Positions 9,708-18,194 are shown, counted from the first letter of the stretch. The stretch: DNA of 63,465 nt from a bacterium (GCA_041497675.1 JBGQGY010000005.1:1-63465), one strand, 5' to 3'. Program-made: numbers and translations. Notes: generated from the letters alone by a model not told the origin.

Positions 9708-10631
9708 CTGTACCTGTTTCTTCTTAAGCGGTTGCTGGCCGCGGTGCCCGTGCTCCTGGGTATCTCCATCGCCGTCTTTCTGATGATGCATCTGGTGCCC
9801 GGCGACCCGGCGAAAATGATGCTCGGCGAACTGGCCGTGCAGAAAGAGGCTGTCGAAAACCTGCGCCGCGTGCTGGGGCTGAACGATCCGGTCCCCGTGC
9901 AGTACTGGCGCTACCTGACCCGGGCGCTGCACGGTGACCTGGGCCGCTCGGTGCTGGAGAATCAACCGGTCGCGCGGATGATATGGCAGGTCCTCCCGTC
10001 AACGATGGAGTTGACGTTGACGGGACTCGGCATTGCCGTCTTTCTCGGCGTGCTGCTGGGCGTCACGGCGGCCGTGCGCCATCGTACCTGGATGGACAAC
10101 GCGAGCATGGTCGTAGCGTTGTGGGGCGTCTCGATGCCGACCTTCTGGATGGGTCTCTTGTTGATCTTCTTGTTCTCGCTGAAGTTGGGATGGCTGCCCG
10201 CGACGGGACAGGGGGGAGTCGCGCGGCTGATCATGCCGGCCTTCACCTTGGGGTACGTGGCCGCGGCGGTGATCGCGCGCCTGGTGCGTTCGAGCATGCT
10301 CGAAGTGCTGCGGCAGGAGTACGTGCGGACAGCGCGCGCGAAGGGCTTGGCCGACCATCTGGTCATCTATCGCCACGCGTTCAAGAACGCGCTGATTCCT
10401 GTCGTCACGGTGCTGGGGCTGCAATTCGGGGCCTTGCTCGGCGGCACCGTGATCATCGAGACGATCTTTTCACGGCCGGGAGTCGGGCGATTGGCGGTGA
10501 CCTCGATCCTGAACAAGGATTTTCTGGTCACGCAGGGCACGGTGTTGATGTCGGCGGTTTTCTATACGCTTGTGAATATCATCGTGGACTTTTCGTACGC
10601 GTTTCTTGACCCGCGCATCAGGTATGATTGA
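9708..10631 (+). CDS. ABC transporter permease, Dpp/Opp family, DppB-like (start uncertain: CTG 9708 inferred; first canonical start is TTG 9732)
   Basis: EAA block QEYVRTARAKGLAD. The conserved N-terminal YLFLLKRLL is encoded upstream of TTG 9732. GGAGGAG at 9696-9702 sits 5 nt before CTG 9708. Confidence 0.85.
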   Translation: MYLFLLKRLLAAVPVLLGISIAVFLMMHLVPGDPAKMMLGELAVQKEAVENLRRVLGLNDPVPVQYWRYLTRALHGDLGRSVLENQPVARMIWQVLPSTMELTLTGLGIAVFLGVLLGVTAAVRHRTWMDNASMVVALWGVSMPTFWMGLLLIFLFSLKLGWLPATGQGGVARLIMPAFTLGYVAAAVIARLVRSSMLEVLRQEYVRTARAKGLADHLVIYRHAFKNALIPVVTVLGLQFGALLGGTVIIETIFSRPGVGRLAVTSILNKDFLVTQGTVLMSAVFYTLVNIIVDFSYAFLDPRIRYD

Positions 10632-11478
10632 GCGCTCCGAGAGTCCATGGCGCGCGGCGATGCGTCGCCTCCGGCGTAACCGCGGGGCGATGGTTGGGTT
10701 GTATTGTGTGGTCCTGATGGTGGCCGCGGCGATTTTGGCCAACCGGCTCGCGCCTTACGACCCGATCAAGATGGCGCCGGGCTTCGGACTGCTGGCGCCG
10801 AGCCGTGAGCATGTGCTCGGCACGGATCTGCTTGGCCGCGACGTCCTCTCACGGGTGATCCACGGCGCGCGTATCTCGCTGCGCGTGGGGCTGGTGTCGG
10901 TGGGAATCGCCGCGATCCTGGGCACCACGCTTGGACTGCTCGCCGGGTACTTCGGCCGATGGGCCGATTTGCTGATCATGCGATTCATCGACCTGCTGTT
11001 GGCATTTCCCAACGTGCTGCTCGCGCTGGCGATTATCGCCATCCTGGGGCCGAGTATCTTCAACCTGATGATTGCGGTTGGGATCTCGGCGACGCCGGGC
11101 TACGCGCGGCTGGTGCGTGGGTCGGTACTGACGGCAAAGGCCAACACATATGTCGAGGCCGCGACCGCGGTTGGCGTCCCCGACGGGTTGATCATCTGGC
11201 GTCACATCCTGCCCAACGTGCTTGCCCCGGTGATCGTGCTGTCGACGCTGGGCATGGCGGGTGCCATTCTGACGGGCGCGGCGCTGTCGTTTCTGGGACT
11301 GGGCGTGCAGCCGCCAACGGCGGAGTGGGGCGTGATGCTGAGCGACGGCCGGAACTATCTGCGGATCGCCTGGTGGATTACGACGTTTCCCGGCATGGCG
11401 ATCATGGTCACGGTGTTGGCGATCAACATGCTGGGCGATGGACTGCGCGACGTGCTGGATCCAAGACTGAGAACGTAA
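10624..11478 (+). CDS. ABC transporter permease, Dpp/Opp family, DppC-like
   Basis: ATG 10624 overlaps the upstream stop by 8 nt. Block ANTYVEAATAVGVPDGLIIWRHILPN. Confidence 0.9.
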   Translation: MIERSESPWRAAMRRLRRNRGAMVGLYCVVLMVAAAILANRLAPYDPIKMAPGFGLLAPSREHVLGTDLLGRDVLSRVIHGARISLRVGLVSVGIAAILGTTLGLLAGYFGRWADLLIMRFIDLLLAFPNVLLALAIIAILGPSIFNLMIAVGISATPGYARLVRGSVLTAKANTYVEAATAVGVPDGLIIWRHILPNVLAPVIVLSTLGMAGAILTGAALSFLGLGVQPPTAEWGVMLSDGRNYLRIAWWITTFPGMAIMVTVLAINMLGDGLRDVLDPRLRT

Positions 11479-11489
11479 AGGGGGATGTC

Positions 11490-12449
11490 ATGGCGACAGA
11501 CTCGATCTGGTCCGTCGGAACGGCGAATGCGGCGCGCGGTCAGAAGGCGCGGGGCGTGCTCCCGGTGCCGGGTACGAGCGTGCAGATGCCGATCACGCTG
11601 ATCCACGGCGCACACTCGGGCCCGCAGGTGCTCATTACCGGCGGCGTGCACGGCGGCGAATATCCGGCCATCGAGACGGCGATCCGGGCCGCGCGCGAAC
11701 TCGACCCGGCTCAGGTGAGTGGCCGGGTGGCGGTGGTGCACCCGTATGGGATCTCCGCTTTTCACGCGCGGCTGCAGTACCTGGTGCCGGAAGACGGCAA
11801 GAATCCGAACCGGGTCTTTCCGGGGAAGGCCACGGGCACCGTATCCGAGCGGATGGCCTACGCATTGATGGAGAATCTGGCGGCGGGTGCCAGCGCCTGG
11901 GTGGACCTGCACGGCGGCGACCTCCACGAGGCCCTGGTCCCCTTCACGGTCTACTCGGACGGTGCCTCGCCCGAGGTCGTGGCCAAGTCGCGCGCCATGG
12001 CCGAGGCCTTCGGCATTTCGAACATCATGGTGTCGCAGGCGATCACCGGTGGGACGTATGGCGCCGCGGCGAGCCGCGGCATCCCGGCGATCCTCTCAGA
12101 GGCCGGCAGCGTCGGGCAACTCGAGGAGAAGGATGTCGCGACGCTCCTGCGGGGCGTGCGCAATGTGCTCCGCCTGTTGGGCGTGGTCCCGGGCGCGCTT
12201 GAGCCGGTGCCGTCGGCGACCCGTCTATCGAAGTTCGTCTGGCTGCGGTCCGAGCACACGGGGTGCTGGTACCCGTCGGTGCGGGCGGGCGATCGCGTGA
12301 CCGAGGGCCAGACGATCGGCGTGATCAAGGACTACTGGGGCGACGTGCTGGCGGAGCACAAGGCGCCGGCGACCGGCGTGGTGATATTCATCGTCACCTC
12401 GCTGGCCATCAATCCGACGGACCCGCTGATCGGGGTCGGCACAGCGTAG
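11490..12449 (+). CDS. succinylglutamate desuccinylase/aspartoacylase (AstE/AspA) family zinc deacylase
   Basis: ATG 11490 follows GGGGA. Motifs ITGGVHGGEYPAIE and WVDLHGGD. Listed ORF 10959.. is a run-on through the permease gene. Confidence 0.85.
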   Translation: MATDSIWSVGTANAARGQKARGVLPVPGTSVQMPITLIHGAHSGPQVLITGGVHGGEYPAIETAIRAARELDPAQVSGRVAVVHPYGISAFHARLQYLVPEDGKNPNRVFPGKATGTVSERMAYALMENLAAGASAWVDLHGGDLHEALVPFTVYSDGASPEVVAKSRAMAEAFGISNIMVSQAITGGTYGAAASRGIPAILSEAGSVGQLEEKDVATLLRGVRNVLRLLGVVPGALEPVPSATRLSKFVWLRSEHTGCWYPSVRAGDRVTEGQTIGVIKDYWGDVLAEHKAPATGVVIFIVTSLAINPTDPLIGVGTA

Positions 12450-12549
12450 CGCGGGTGCAGCGAGCGGAAGGTGCGGGTGGCCTCTCCCGGTTTCCGTAAG
12501 CGGCCATTTTGCCGAAACCCGCGTCAGGACCGGCTTTTGACGGTTTTGG

Positions 12550-12568
12550 CGTTATAATCGTTATAACG
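12550..12568. repeat. direct repeat CGTTATAA-T-CGTTATAA; the second copy extends to the perfect palindrome CGTTATAACG (12559-12568)
   Basis: Read directly from sequence. It is the only AT-rich patch in the 339-bp non-coding spacer 12450-12788. Confidence 0.85.
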
Positions 12569-12788
12569 TTCATGAGGCTCGACAGGGGATACGGGCCGTG
12601 GGCGCAAAGTCGCAGGCGGTACATCTGGCACGCTCAGAATACGGCCGAGACAGTGTCGTCGACATCACGCGCCAGCGCATGCCCATCGCCGCCTGAGGTC
12701 CCCCAGACGAACGGTGGGGTGGGGCTGTGAGCAAACTCGAACGGGAACCCGCCCCGTCTGCCCCGCCCCCCTCCCGCAATTCAACGCG

Positions 12789-13553
12789 TCAGCGCGCGAG
12801 CGCGCCCGACTCGATCATCTGCGCCAGGCGTTCGATCCGCTCGGCGAACATCTTCTCGCCGAGCGCGGCGGTGGAGCCGCGGGCGTCGCCCAGGATCCCC
12901 GTGGGGCTCATCGTGTCCATCGGCGGCGGCACCTTGGACTTCCAACGGATGGACGCATCGCCGGTGAATCCCTCGACCGCCCGGTCCATGTGCACCAGAT
13001 CGGTCCGATAGGTCAACATCAGGGAAGTTTCGCCCTGGCCGGCGTGGACGCCCATGCGCGTCATGTCGAGCCCTTCGCGCCGGGCAAAGTCCTTGGCCGC
13101 GACCAGCCATTCGTCGAAATCGGTCATGGCCGAGACGCGGATCGCGGCGTGTTCGGCGCGAAGCCTCGGCAGCACATTGGCCAGCGCATGGTAGTTGCCG
13201 CCGTGGGTGCACAGCAAGATGATCTCGCGGAACCCATGGTGGGCCAGCGACTGGCACACGTCGGCGATGACGGCTTCAAGCGTTGACTCCTCGATGCTGA
13301 CCGTTCCGGCCATGGGTAGGTGGCCGACCGAGTAGCCCAGGCTCACGACCGGGGCCACCAGGGCGTCGCCCAGCCGGCGGGCCAGCCGCTCGCCTGTCGC
13401 GTATCCGAGGTAGGTGTCGGTGCCGATGGCCATGTGCGGCCCGTGCTGCTCCATGGCGCCGAGCATGACGATGACACGCCGTTTGCCGCCTTTGATGGCA
13501 TCGCGCACCTCGGGCCAGGTCATCTCTTCGATCAACACGGTGTCCTTCATCAT
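12789..13553 (-). CDS. creatininase (creatinine amidohydrolase / MftE) family hydrolase
   Basis: AGGAGG precedes ATGATG at 13553. Motifs MEQHGPHMAIGTD, CTHGGN, HAGQGETS. Listed ORF up to 14438 is a run-on. Confidence 0.85.
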   Translation of the reverse strand: MMKDTVLIEEMTWPEVRDAIKGGKRRVIVMLGAMEQHGPHMAIGTDTYLGYATGERLARRLGDALVAPVVSLGYSVGHLPMAGTVSIEESTLEAVIADVCQSLAHHGFREIILLCTHGGNYHALANVLPRLRAEHAAIRVSAMTDFDEWLVAAKDFARREGLDMTRMGVHAGQGETSLMLTYRTDLVHMDRAVEGFTGDASIRWKSKVPPPMDTMSPTGILGDARGSTAALGEKMFAERIERLAQMIESGALAR

Positions 13554-13579
13554 CACATCCTCCTTTTCTCGTCCTTCGC

Positions 13580-14398
13580 TCACGCGCTGCGGGGGTCGAG
13601 CGCCTCGCGCAGCCCCTCGCCCAGCAGATTCAGCGCCAGTACGAGCACGAAGATCGCCAGCCCGGGGACCGTCACCACGTGGGCGGCGACCGTGATAAAC
13701 GCCCGCCCGTCGGCCAGCATCGTGCCCCAGTCCGCAGTGGGCGGCTGTGCGCCGAGACCGATGAAGCTCAACCCCGCCATTTCGGTGATCATCCAGCCGA
13801 TGTTCAGCGAGAGGAAGACCACCATGGGCGCGATGATGTTCGGGAGCAGATGCCGGGCCATGATCCGCCGGTCGGTGGCACCAACTGCACGGGCCGCTTC
13901 GACAAAGTCGCCGCCGCTGAGCAGCAGCACGGCGCCGCGAATCCCGCGGGCATAAAACGGCACGTTCGCCACGGCGACCGCTAGCATGGCGTTCGTCAGC
14001 CCCGGGCCAAGCGTCGCGACGAGCGCGATGGCGAGCAAGATCTCTGGAAACCCCATCAGGATGTCGATCGCGCGCATCAAGAGATTGTCGACCCTGCCGG
14101 CGTAGAATCCCGCGACGACACCGATGATGGCGCCGGTTGCGAGCGCCAAACCCGCGGACACGATACCCACCGTCAGCGAGACCCGCGCGCCCCACACGAG
14201 CCTGCTGACGAGATCGCGCCCCAGATGATCCGACCCGAGCGCATACCCCGGCGATCGCGGCGGCGAGAGCCGCCGGCCCAACGCGGTCTTGTCCGGCGGC
14301 GCCATCGACATGTAGGGCGCCAGCATCGCCGCACACGCGACGAGCAGCACGACGACCGCGCCGAAGACGGCGCCGCGGTTGCGCAGGAATCGTTTCAT
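13580..14398 (-). CDS. ABC transporter permease, Dpp/Opp family, DppC-like (second pair)
   Basis: Block GGDFVEAARAVGATDRRIMARHLLPN. ATGA overlap with the upstream permease at 14395-14398. Confidence 0.9.
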   Translation of the reverse strand: MKRFLRNRGAVFGAVVVLLVACAAMLAPYMSMAPPDKTALGRRLSPPRSPGYALGSDHLGRDLVSRLVWGARVSLTVGIVSAGLALATGAIIGVVAGFYAGRVDNLLMRAIDILMGFPEILLAIALVATLGPGLTNAMLAVAVANVPFYARGIRGAVLLLSGGDFVEAARAVGATDRRIMARHLLPNIIAPMVVFLSLNIGWMITEMAGLSFIGLGAQPPTADWGTMLADGRAFITVAAHVVTVPGLAIFVLVLALNLLGEGLREALDPRSA

Positions 14399-15345
14399 CC
14401 GAAACGGATCCGCGGGTCGAGATACGCATAGCAGACATCGGAGAGCAAATTGATCATGACGTAGGTGGTGGCCACCAGCAGCACGCCACCCTGGATCAAC
14501 GGAAAGTCGCGGGTCAGGATGGCGTTGACAAGCATCAGACCGACGCCCGGCCAGCTAAAGACGTACTCGACGTAGACGGCGCCGGCCAGCAGGAACCCCA
14601 ACTCCAAGCCGACCACGGTGACGATGGCGACCATCGTGTTGCGAAACGCGTGGCGGAAGGCGACGTCGCGCTCGCGCACTCCTTTGGCCCTAGCGGTCCG
14701 CACGTAGTCGCCGCGCAGCGCGTCGATCATACTGGTCCGGGTCACGCGCGTGATCACTGCCGCCGGGAGCCCGGCGAGTGTGATGGCCGGCAGGATCAGG
14801 TGCACGAGGAGGTCCGGCAGCGTCTGTTGCCCGGCCGCCGCGTACATCCCGGTCCCGGGGAGCCAGCGCAGCTTCAGCGAGAACAGAATGATCAGCAGCA
14901 TCCCGTACCAGAACGATGGGATGCTCACCCCGCCGGCGGTGAGGACGATCGAAAAACGATCCACCAACGATCCTTGCCATCGGGCCGCCAGGACGCCGAG
15001 CAGAATCCCCGGCCCGACGGCGATGATCAAGGCGCCCGCCGTCAGGACCAGCGTGGCGCGGAAGCGCAGCCACACTTCTCCAAGCACCGGGCGGTGCAGC
15101 GTGATGGATCGTCCCAGGTCGCCACGCACAACGTGGGCGAGCCAGATGAGGTACTGTGTCACGAGCGGGCGGTCCAAGCCAAGTTCCTGATTCAGTTTGG
15201 CGACCTCCTCCGGTGTCGCCATCGGGCCAAGGAGGATGGCGGCCGGGTCGCCGGGCGTCAGGTGCATGATCACAAACGTCAGCACCGTGACGCCGAGCAA
15301 TACCACGACGACCCAGAGCAGTCGCTGAGCGATATAGCGACTCAC
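14395..15345 (-). CDS. ABC transporter permease, Dpp/Opp family, DppB-like (second pair)
   Basis: GTG 15345 gives VSRYIAQRLLWVVVVLLGV. EAA block GDYVRTARAKGVRE. Lies 4 nt downstream of the ATPase stop. Listed start 15612 is a run-on. Confidence 0.9.
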   Translation of the reverse strand: MSRYIAQRLLWVVVVLLGVTVLTFVIMHLTPGDPAAILLGPMATPEEVAKLNQELGLDRPLVTQYLIWLAHVVRGDLGRSITLHRPVLGEVWLRFRATLVLTAGALIIAVGPGILLGVLAARWQGSLVDRFSIVLTAGGVSIPSFWYGMLLIILFSLKLRWLPGTGMYAAAGQQTLPDLLVHLILPAITLAGLPAAVITRVTRTSMIDALRGDYVRTARAKGVRERDVAFRHAFRNTMVAIVTVVGLELGFLLAGAVYVEYVFSWPGVGLMLVNAILTRDFPLIQGGVLLVATTYVMINLLSDVCYAYLDPRIRFG

Positions 15346-15349
15346 GCGC

Positions 15350-16354
15350 CTACCGACGCGCGCTCGCGGCCAGGCGTTCTTCGGCGACGTGGCACGCGAC
15401 CGCGTGCGCGGGCAGCAGGTCCTTGAGCGGTGGTTCTTCCTCCACGCAGCGGTCGATCTTCCACGGACAGCGTGGATGGAAACGGCAGCCGCTCGGCACG
15501 CGCACCGCGCTGGGGGGCTCGCCCTCGACGGCGATGGTCTCGCGAGGCTCGCCGCCCACTTCGGGCATGGCCGACAGCAGCGCCAGCGTGTAGGGATGCT
15601 GCGGGCGCGCAAAGAGATCGGCCGTCGGTGCCCGCTCGACGATCTTCCCCAGGTACATGACGGCGACGTCGTCGCTGAGGTAGCGGACGACCCGCAGATC
15701 GTGCGAGATGAAGATCATCGTCAGACCCAGCGACGCGCGCAGATCGAGGAGCAGTTGGAGGATCTGGGCCTGGATCGAGACGTCGAGCGCCGAGAGCGGC
15801 TCGTCGGCAATCAGCAGCTCGGGCTCGACCGCGAGCGCCCGCGCGATCCCAAGCCGTTGGCGCTGACCGCCGGAGAACTCTCCCGGGTACTTGTGCGCGT
15901 CGGTCGGCCGCAGCCCCACCTGGGTGAGCAGATGGATTACGCGTTTGCGGCGCTCGGCCGCCGTGCCGATCTCGTGCACGTCGAGCACCTCAAGGAGCAT
16001 CTTGCCCGCGCTCTGACGCGGGTTGAGTGACGAATACGGGTCCTGGAATACCACCTGCATCCGCTTGCGATACGGGGCCAGACCGGTATCGTCGAGACCC
16101 ATGAGATCAACGCCGTCGTATCGCACCTCGCCGGCATCGGCATCATAGAGCCGCAGGATGCAGCGTCCCAAGGTGCTCTTACCGCACCCCGATTCTCCCA
16201 CCAGACCCAACGTCTTGCCGCGCTCAAGTTCGAACGAAACGCCGTCGACCGCGCGGACGCGCTCCGGCGGTCGCCGCAGCAGCGCGTCGAGGACGCCGTG
16301 CGGCAGCGGGAAGTGTTTCACGAGATTCCGCACCGCCAGTAGCGGCTCAGCCAC
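15350..16354 (-). CDS. ABC transporter ATP-binding protein, DppF/OppF-like
   Basis: Walker A GESGCGKST, signature FSGGQRQR, Walker B LLIADEP. Cys-rich oligopeptide-type C-terminal extension. Confidence 0.92.
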   Translation of the reverse strand: MAEPLLAVRNLVKHFPLPHGVLDALLRRPPERVRAVDGVSFELERGKTLGLVGESGCGKSTLGRCILRLYDADAGEVRYDGVDLMGLDDTGLAPYRKRMQVVFQDPYSSLNPRQSAGKMLLEVLDVHEIGTAAERRKRVIHLLTQVGLRPTDAHKYPGEFSGGQRQRLGIARALAVEPELLIADEPLSALDVSIQAQILQLLLDLRASLGLTMIFISHDLRVVRYLSDDVAVMYLGKIVERAPTADLFARPQHPYTLALLSAMPEVGGEPRETIAVEGEPPSAVRVPSGCRFHPRCPWKIDRCVEEEPPLKDLLPAHAVACHVAEERLAASARR

Positions 16355-17330
16355 GGGATTCGGGCCTGTCGAGCCGGTCGGCGTGGATACAGCGGCTCCA
16401 GTGGTCTGCGCCGACTTTCACAAGAGGGATCTCACTGTCCAGACACTCTTCCGTCGCCCAGGCGCAGCGGGGCGCAAAGGGACACCCGCGGCCGATGCCG
16501 ACCAGGTCCGGCGGCATCCCAGGGATCGGTGCGAGCGACCGCGTGCGGTCGGCGCTGGGCACCGACGCGATCAACCCGATCGTGTACGGATGCCGCGGGC
16601 GCGCAAACAGGTCGGTGGTGGTCGCAAGTTCCACGATCTGACCCGCGTACATCACCGCGACCCGGTCGACGGAATGGTAGACGACGCCGAGGTCATGCGT
16701 CACCAGGATCAGCGCCATCCCAAATTCCTTTTGGAGGGCAAGCATCAGGCGGAGGATTTGTGCCTGGATCGTGACATCGAGCGCCGTCGTGGGTTCATCG
16801 GCGAGCAGCAGCGCCGGCTGCCGCGCGAGCGCGATGGCCAGCATCACGCGCTGCCGCTGCCCGCCCGACAGCTGGTGCGCATACGCGCTGAGACGCCGTT
16901 CGGGATCAGGTATCCCCACCTGCCGCAGCAGCTCCACGGCGCGGGCCCGCCGCAGCCCGCTGCCACCGCCGTTCGGCAGCGTCTCGGTGATCTGCTGCTC
17001 GACGGTCAGCACAGGGTTGAGCGCCGTCATGGGATCCTGAAACACCATGACCACGCCACTGCCCCGTACACGCTCCAGCTCTTTCGCCGGGAGCCGGACG
17101 AGATCGTGCCCCTGGAAGGACACGCTCCCGCCGGTGATCCGCCCCGGTGGATGGATCAGCCCCACAATGGCGCGGCACGTCATGGTCTTCCCCGACCCCG
17201 ACTCGCCGACCAGGGCGAACGTTTCCCCGCGGTTCACGGTGAAACTGACGCCGCGCACCGCGTGGACGACGCCCCGCCTTGTGGGGATTTCCACACGCAG
17301 GTTATCGACGGACAGGATGGGCTCGCTCAC
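16347..17330 (-). CDS. ABC transporter ATP-binding protein, DppD/OppD-like
   Basis: GTG 17330 overlaps the upstream TGA (GTGA). Walker A GESGSGKTM, signature LSGGQRQR, Walker B LLLADEP. Confidence 0.92.
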   Translation of the reverse strand: MSEPILSVDNLRVEIPTRRGVVHAVRGVSFTVNRGETFALVGESGSGKTMTCRAIVGLIHPPGRITGGSVSFQGHDLVRLPAKELERVRGSGVVMVFQDPMTALNPVLTVEQQITETLPNGGGSGLRRARAVELLRQVGIPDPERRLSAYAHQLSGGQRQRVMLAIALARQPALLLADEPTTALDVTIQAQILRLMLALQKEFGMALILVTHDLGVVYHSVDRVAVMYAGQIVELATTTDLFARPRHPYTIGLIASVPSADRTRSLAPIPGMPPDLVGIGRGCPFAPRCAWATEECLDSEIPLVKVGADHWSRCIHADRLDRPESRG

Positions 17331-18184
17331 TGCCCCTTGACGCGGATGAGGTCGGCGATGCCGTCGCCGAGCAGAATGAAGGTGAGCCCGGTGTACATGC
17401 AGGCGAAGCCGGGCATGGTCGCGACCCACCAGGCGTTCGACAGGAACTCGCGGCCTTCAGAGATCATCATTCCCCATTCGGGCGCCGGCGGGCGGATGCC
17501 CAATCCGAGGAAGCCCAGCGACGCGGTGGTGAGGATGACCAGGACCACGTCCGAGGCGAGGAAGATAATAGCCGGCGCGACGGCGTTGGGCAGGAGGTGG
17601 CCCAGCAGGATGCGCCAGCGGCCAAACCCCAGGGCCCGCGCGGCGGCGACATACTCGAGGTTCTTCTCGCGTAACACCTCGCCGCGCACCAGCCGCGAAT
17701 ACGTGACCCAGTTCACGCTGCCGATCGCTAGAAAGATATTGACCTCGCCCGGCCCCAGAAATGCCACGATGGCGATGACGAGCACGAGGAACGGCACCGC
17801 CGTGATCACATCCACCGTGCGCATGGCGATCGTGTCAACCCACCCGCCAAAGTAGCCGGCGGCCGACCCCACCAACGACCCGAACAGGAACGGGAAGACC
17901 ACGGCCAGGACGCCGATGCGCAGATCGATGCGGGCGCCGTAGAGCACCCGCGTGAGCACGTCGCGTCCAAAGTTGTCGGTGCCGAAGAGATGCCGGAGGC
18001 TCGGCTCCAGCATGATCCGGTCGTAATCCTGGCCGTCCGGGTCGTAGGGCGTCAACACGGGCGCCAGCAGCGAAGCGCCGACGATCACCAGCAGCATCAG
18101 ACCGCCGATCACCAGCGACGGGTGGAGGCGCGGCCGGACCCCGGCGTCGGGGACGACCTGCTGCTCCTGGACGAGTGTGCTCAT
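17327..18184 (-). CDS. ABC transporter permease, Dpp/Opp family, DppC-like
   Basis: Block LEYVAAARALGFGRWRILLGHLLPN. Multi-TM. Confidence 0.9.
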   Translation of the reverse strand: MSTLVQEQQVVPDAGVRPRLHPSLVIGGLMLLVIVGASLLAPVLTPYDPDGQDYDRIMLEPSLRHLFGTDNFGRDVLTRVLYGARIDLRIGVLAVVFPFLFGSLVGSAAGYFGGWVDTIAMRTVDVITAVPFLVLVIAIVAFLGPGEVNIFLAIGSVNWVTYSRLVRGEVLREKNLEYVAAARALGFGRWRILLGHLLPNAVAPAIIFLASDVVLVILTTASLGFLGLGIRPPAPEWGMMISEGREFLSNAWWVATMPGFACMYTGLTFILLGDGIADLIRVKGQ

Positions 18185-18194
18185 GGGCGGAGTG

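Noticed and set aside
12537-12558. TTGACG (12537-12542) and TATAAT (12553-12558) looking like a sigma-70 promoter in the big spacer
   Set aside because: The spacer between the hexamers is only 10 nt, against about 17 nt required, so they cannot work together as a canonical promoter. TATAAT is simply part of the CGTTATAA repeat.
12735-12762. GTTCGAG on the minus strand resembling a tRNA T-loop
   Set aside because: The flanking 5-nt arms are not complementary, and no acceptor, D or anticodon arms can be drawn. This is not a tRNA. I found no tRNA, rRNA, tmRNA or RNase P-like sequence in the few non-coding stretches.
4539-13553. Calling complete creatinine or ectoine degradation pathways
   Set aside because: Only the hydrolase pairs are present. 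There is no sarcosine oxidase/dehydrogenase, urease, DABA transaminase or aspartate-semialdehyde dehydrogenase in the window. The observation is kept as a hypothesis about substrate class only.
12789-14438. 549-aa ORF suggesting a large protein fused upstream of the creatininase domain
   Set aside because: The upstream 294 residues are Arg/Gly-rich nonsense read across the DppC-like permease gene in another frame. A strong AGGAGG + ATG at 13553 starts the creatininase domain exactly where family similarity begins. Similar upstream run-ons were trimmed at 10959-12449, 20506-21783, 23827-25614, 24870-25871, 26610-28280, 27813-28904, 34822-36576, 37265-38104, 39109-40041, 39921-41036, 42791-44059 and 47088-48467.
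16158-17855. 565-aa plus-strand ORF, one of the longest in the track
   Set aside because: It is antisense to two ABC ATPase genes and a permease gene that carry unmistakable Walker A/B, signature and EAA motifs. Its translation is Arg/Pro/Gly/Ala-rich with no recognisable motif and no RBS. It is a typical high-GC shadow ORF.
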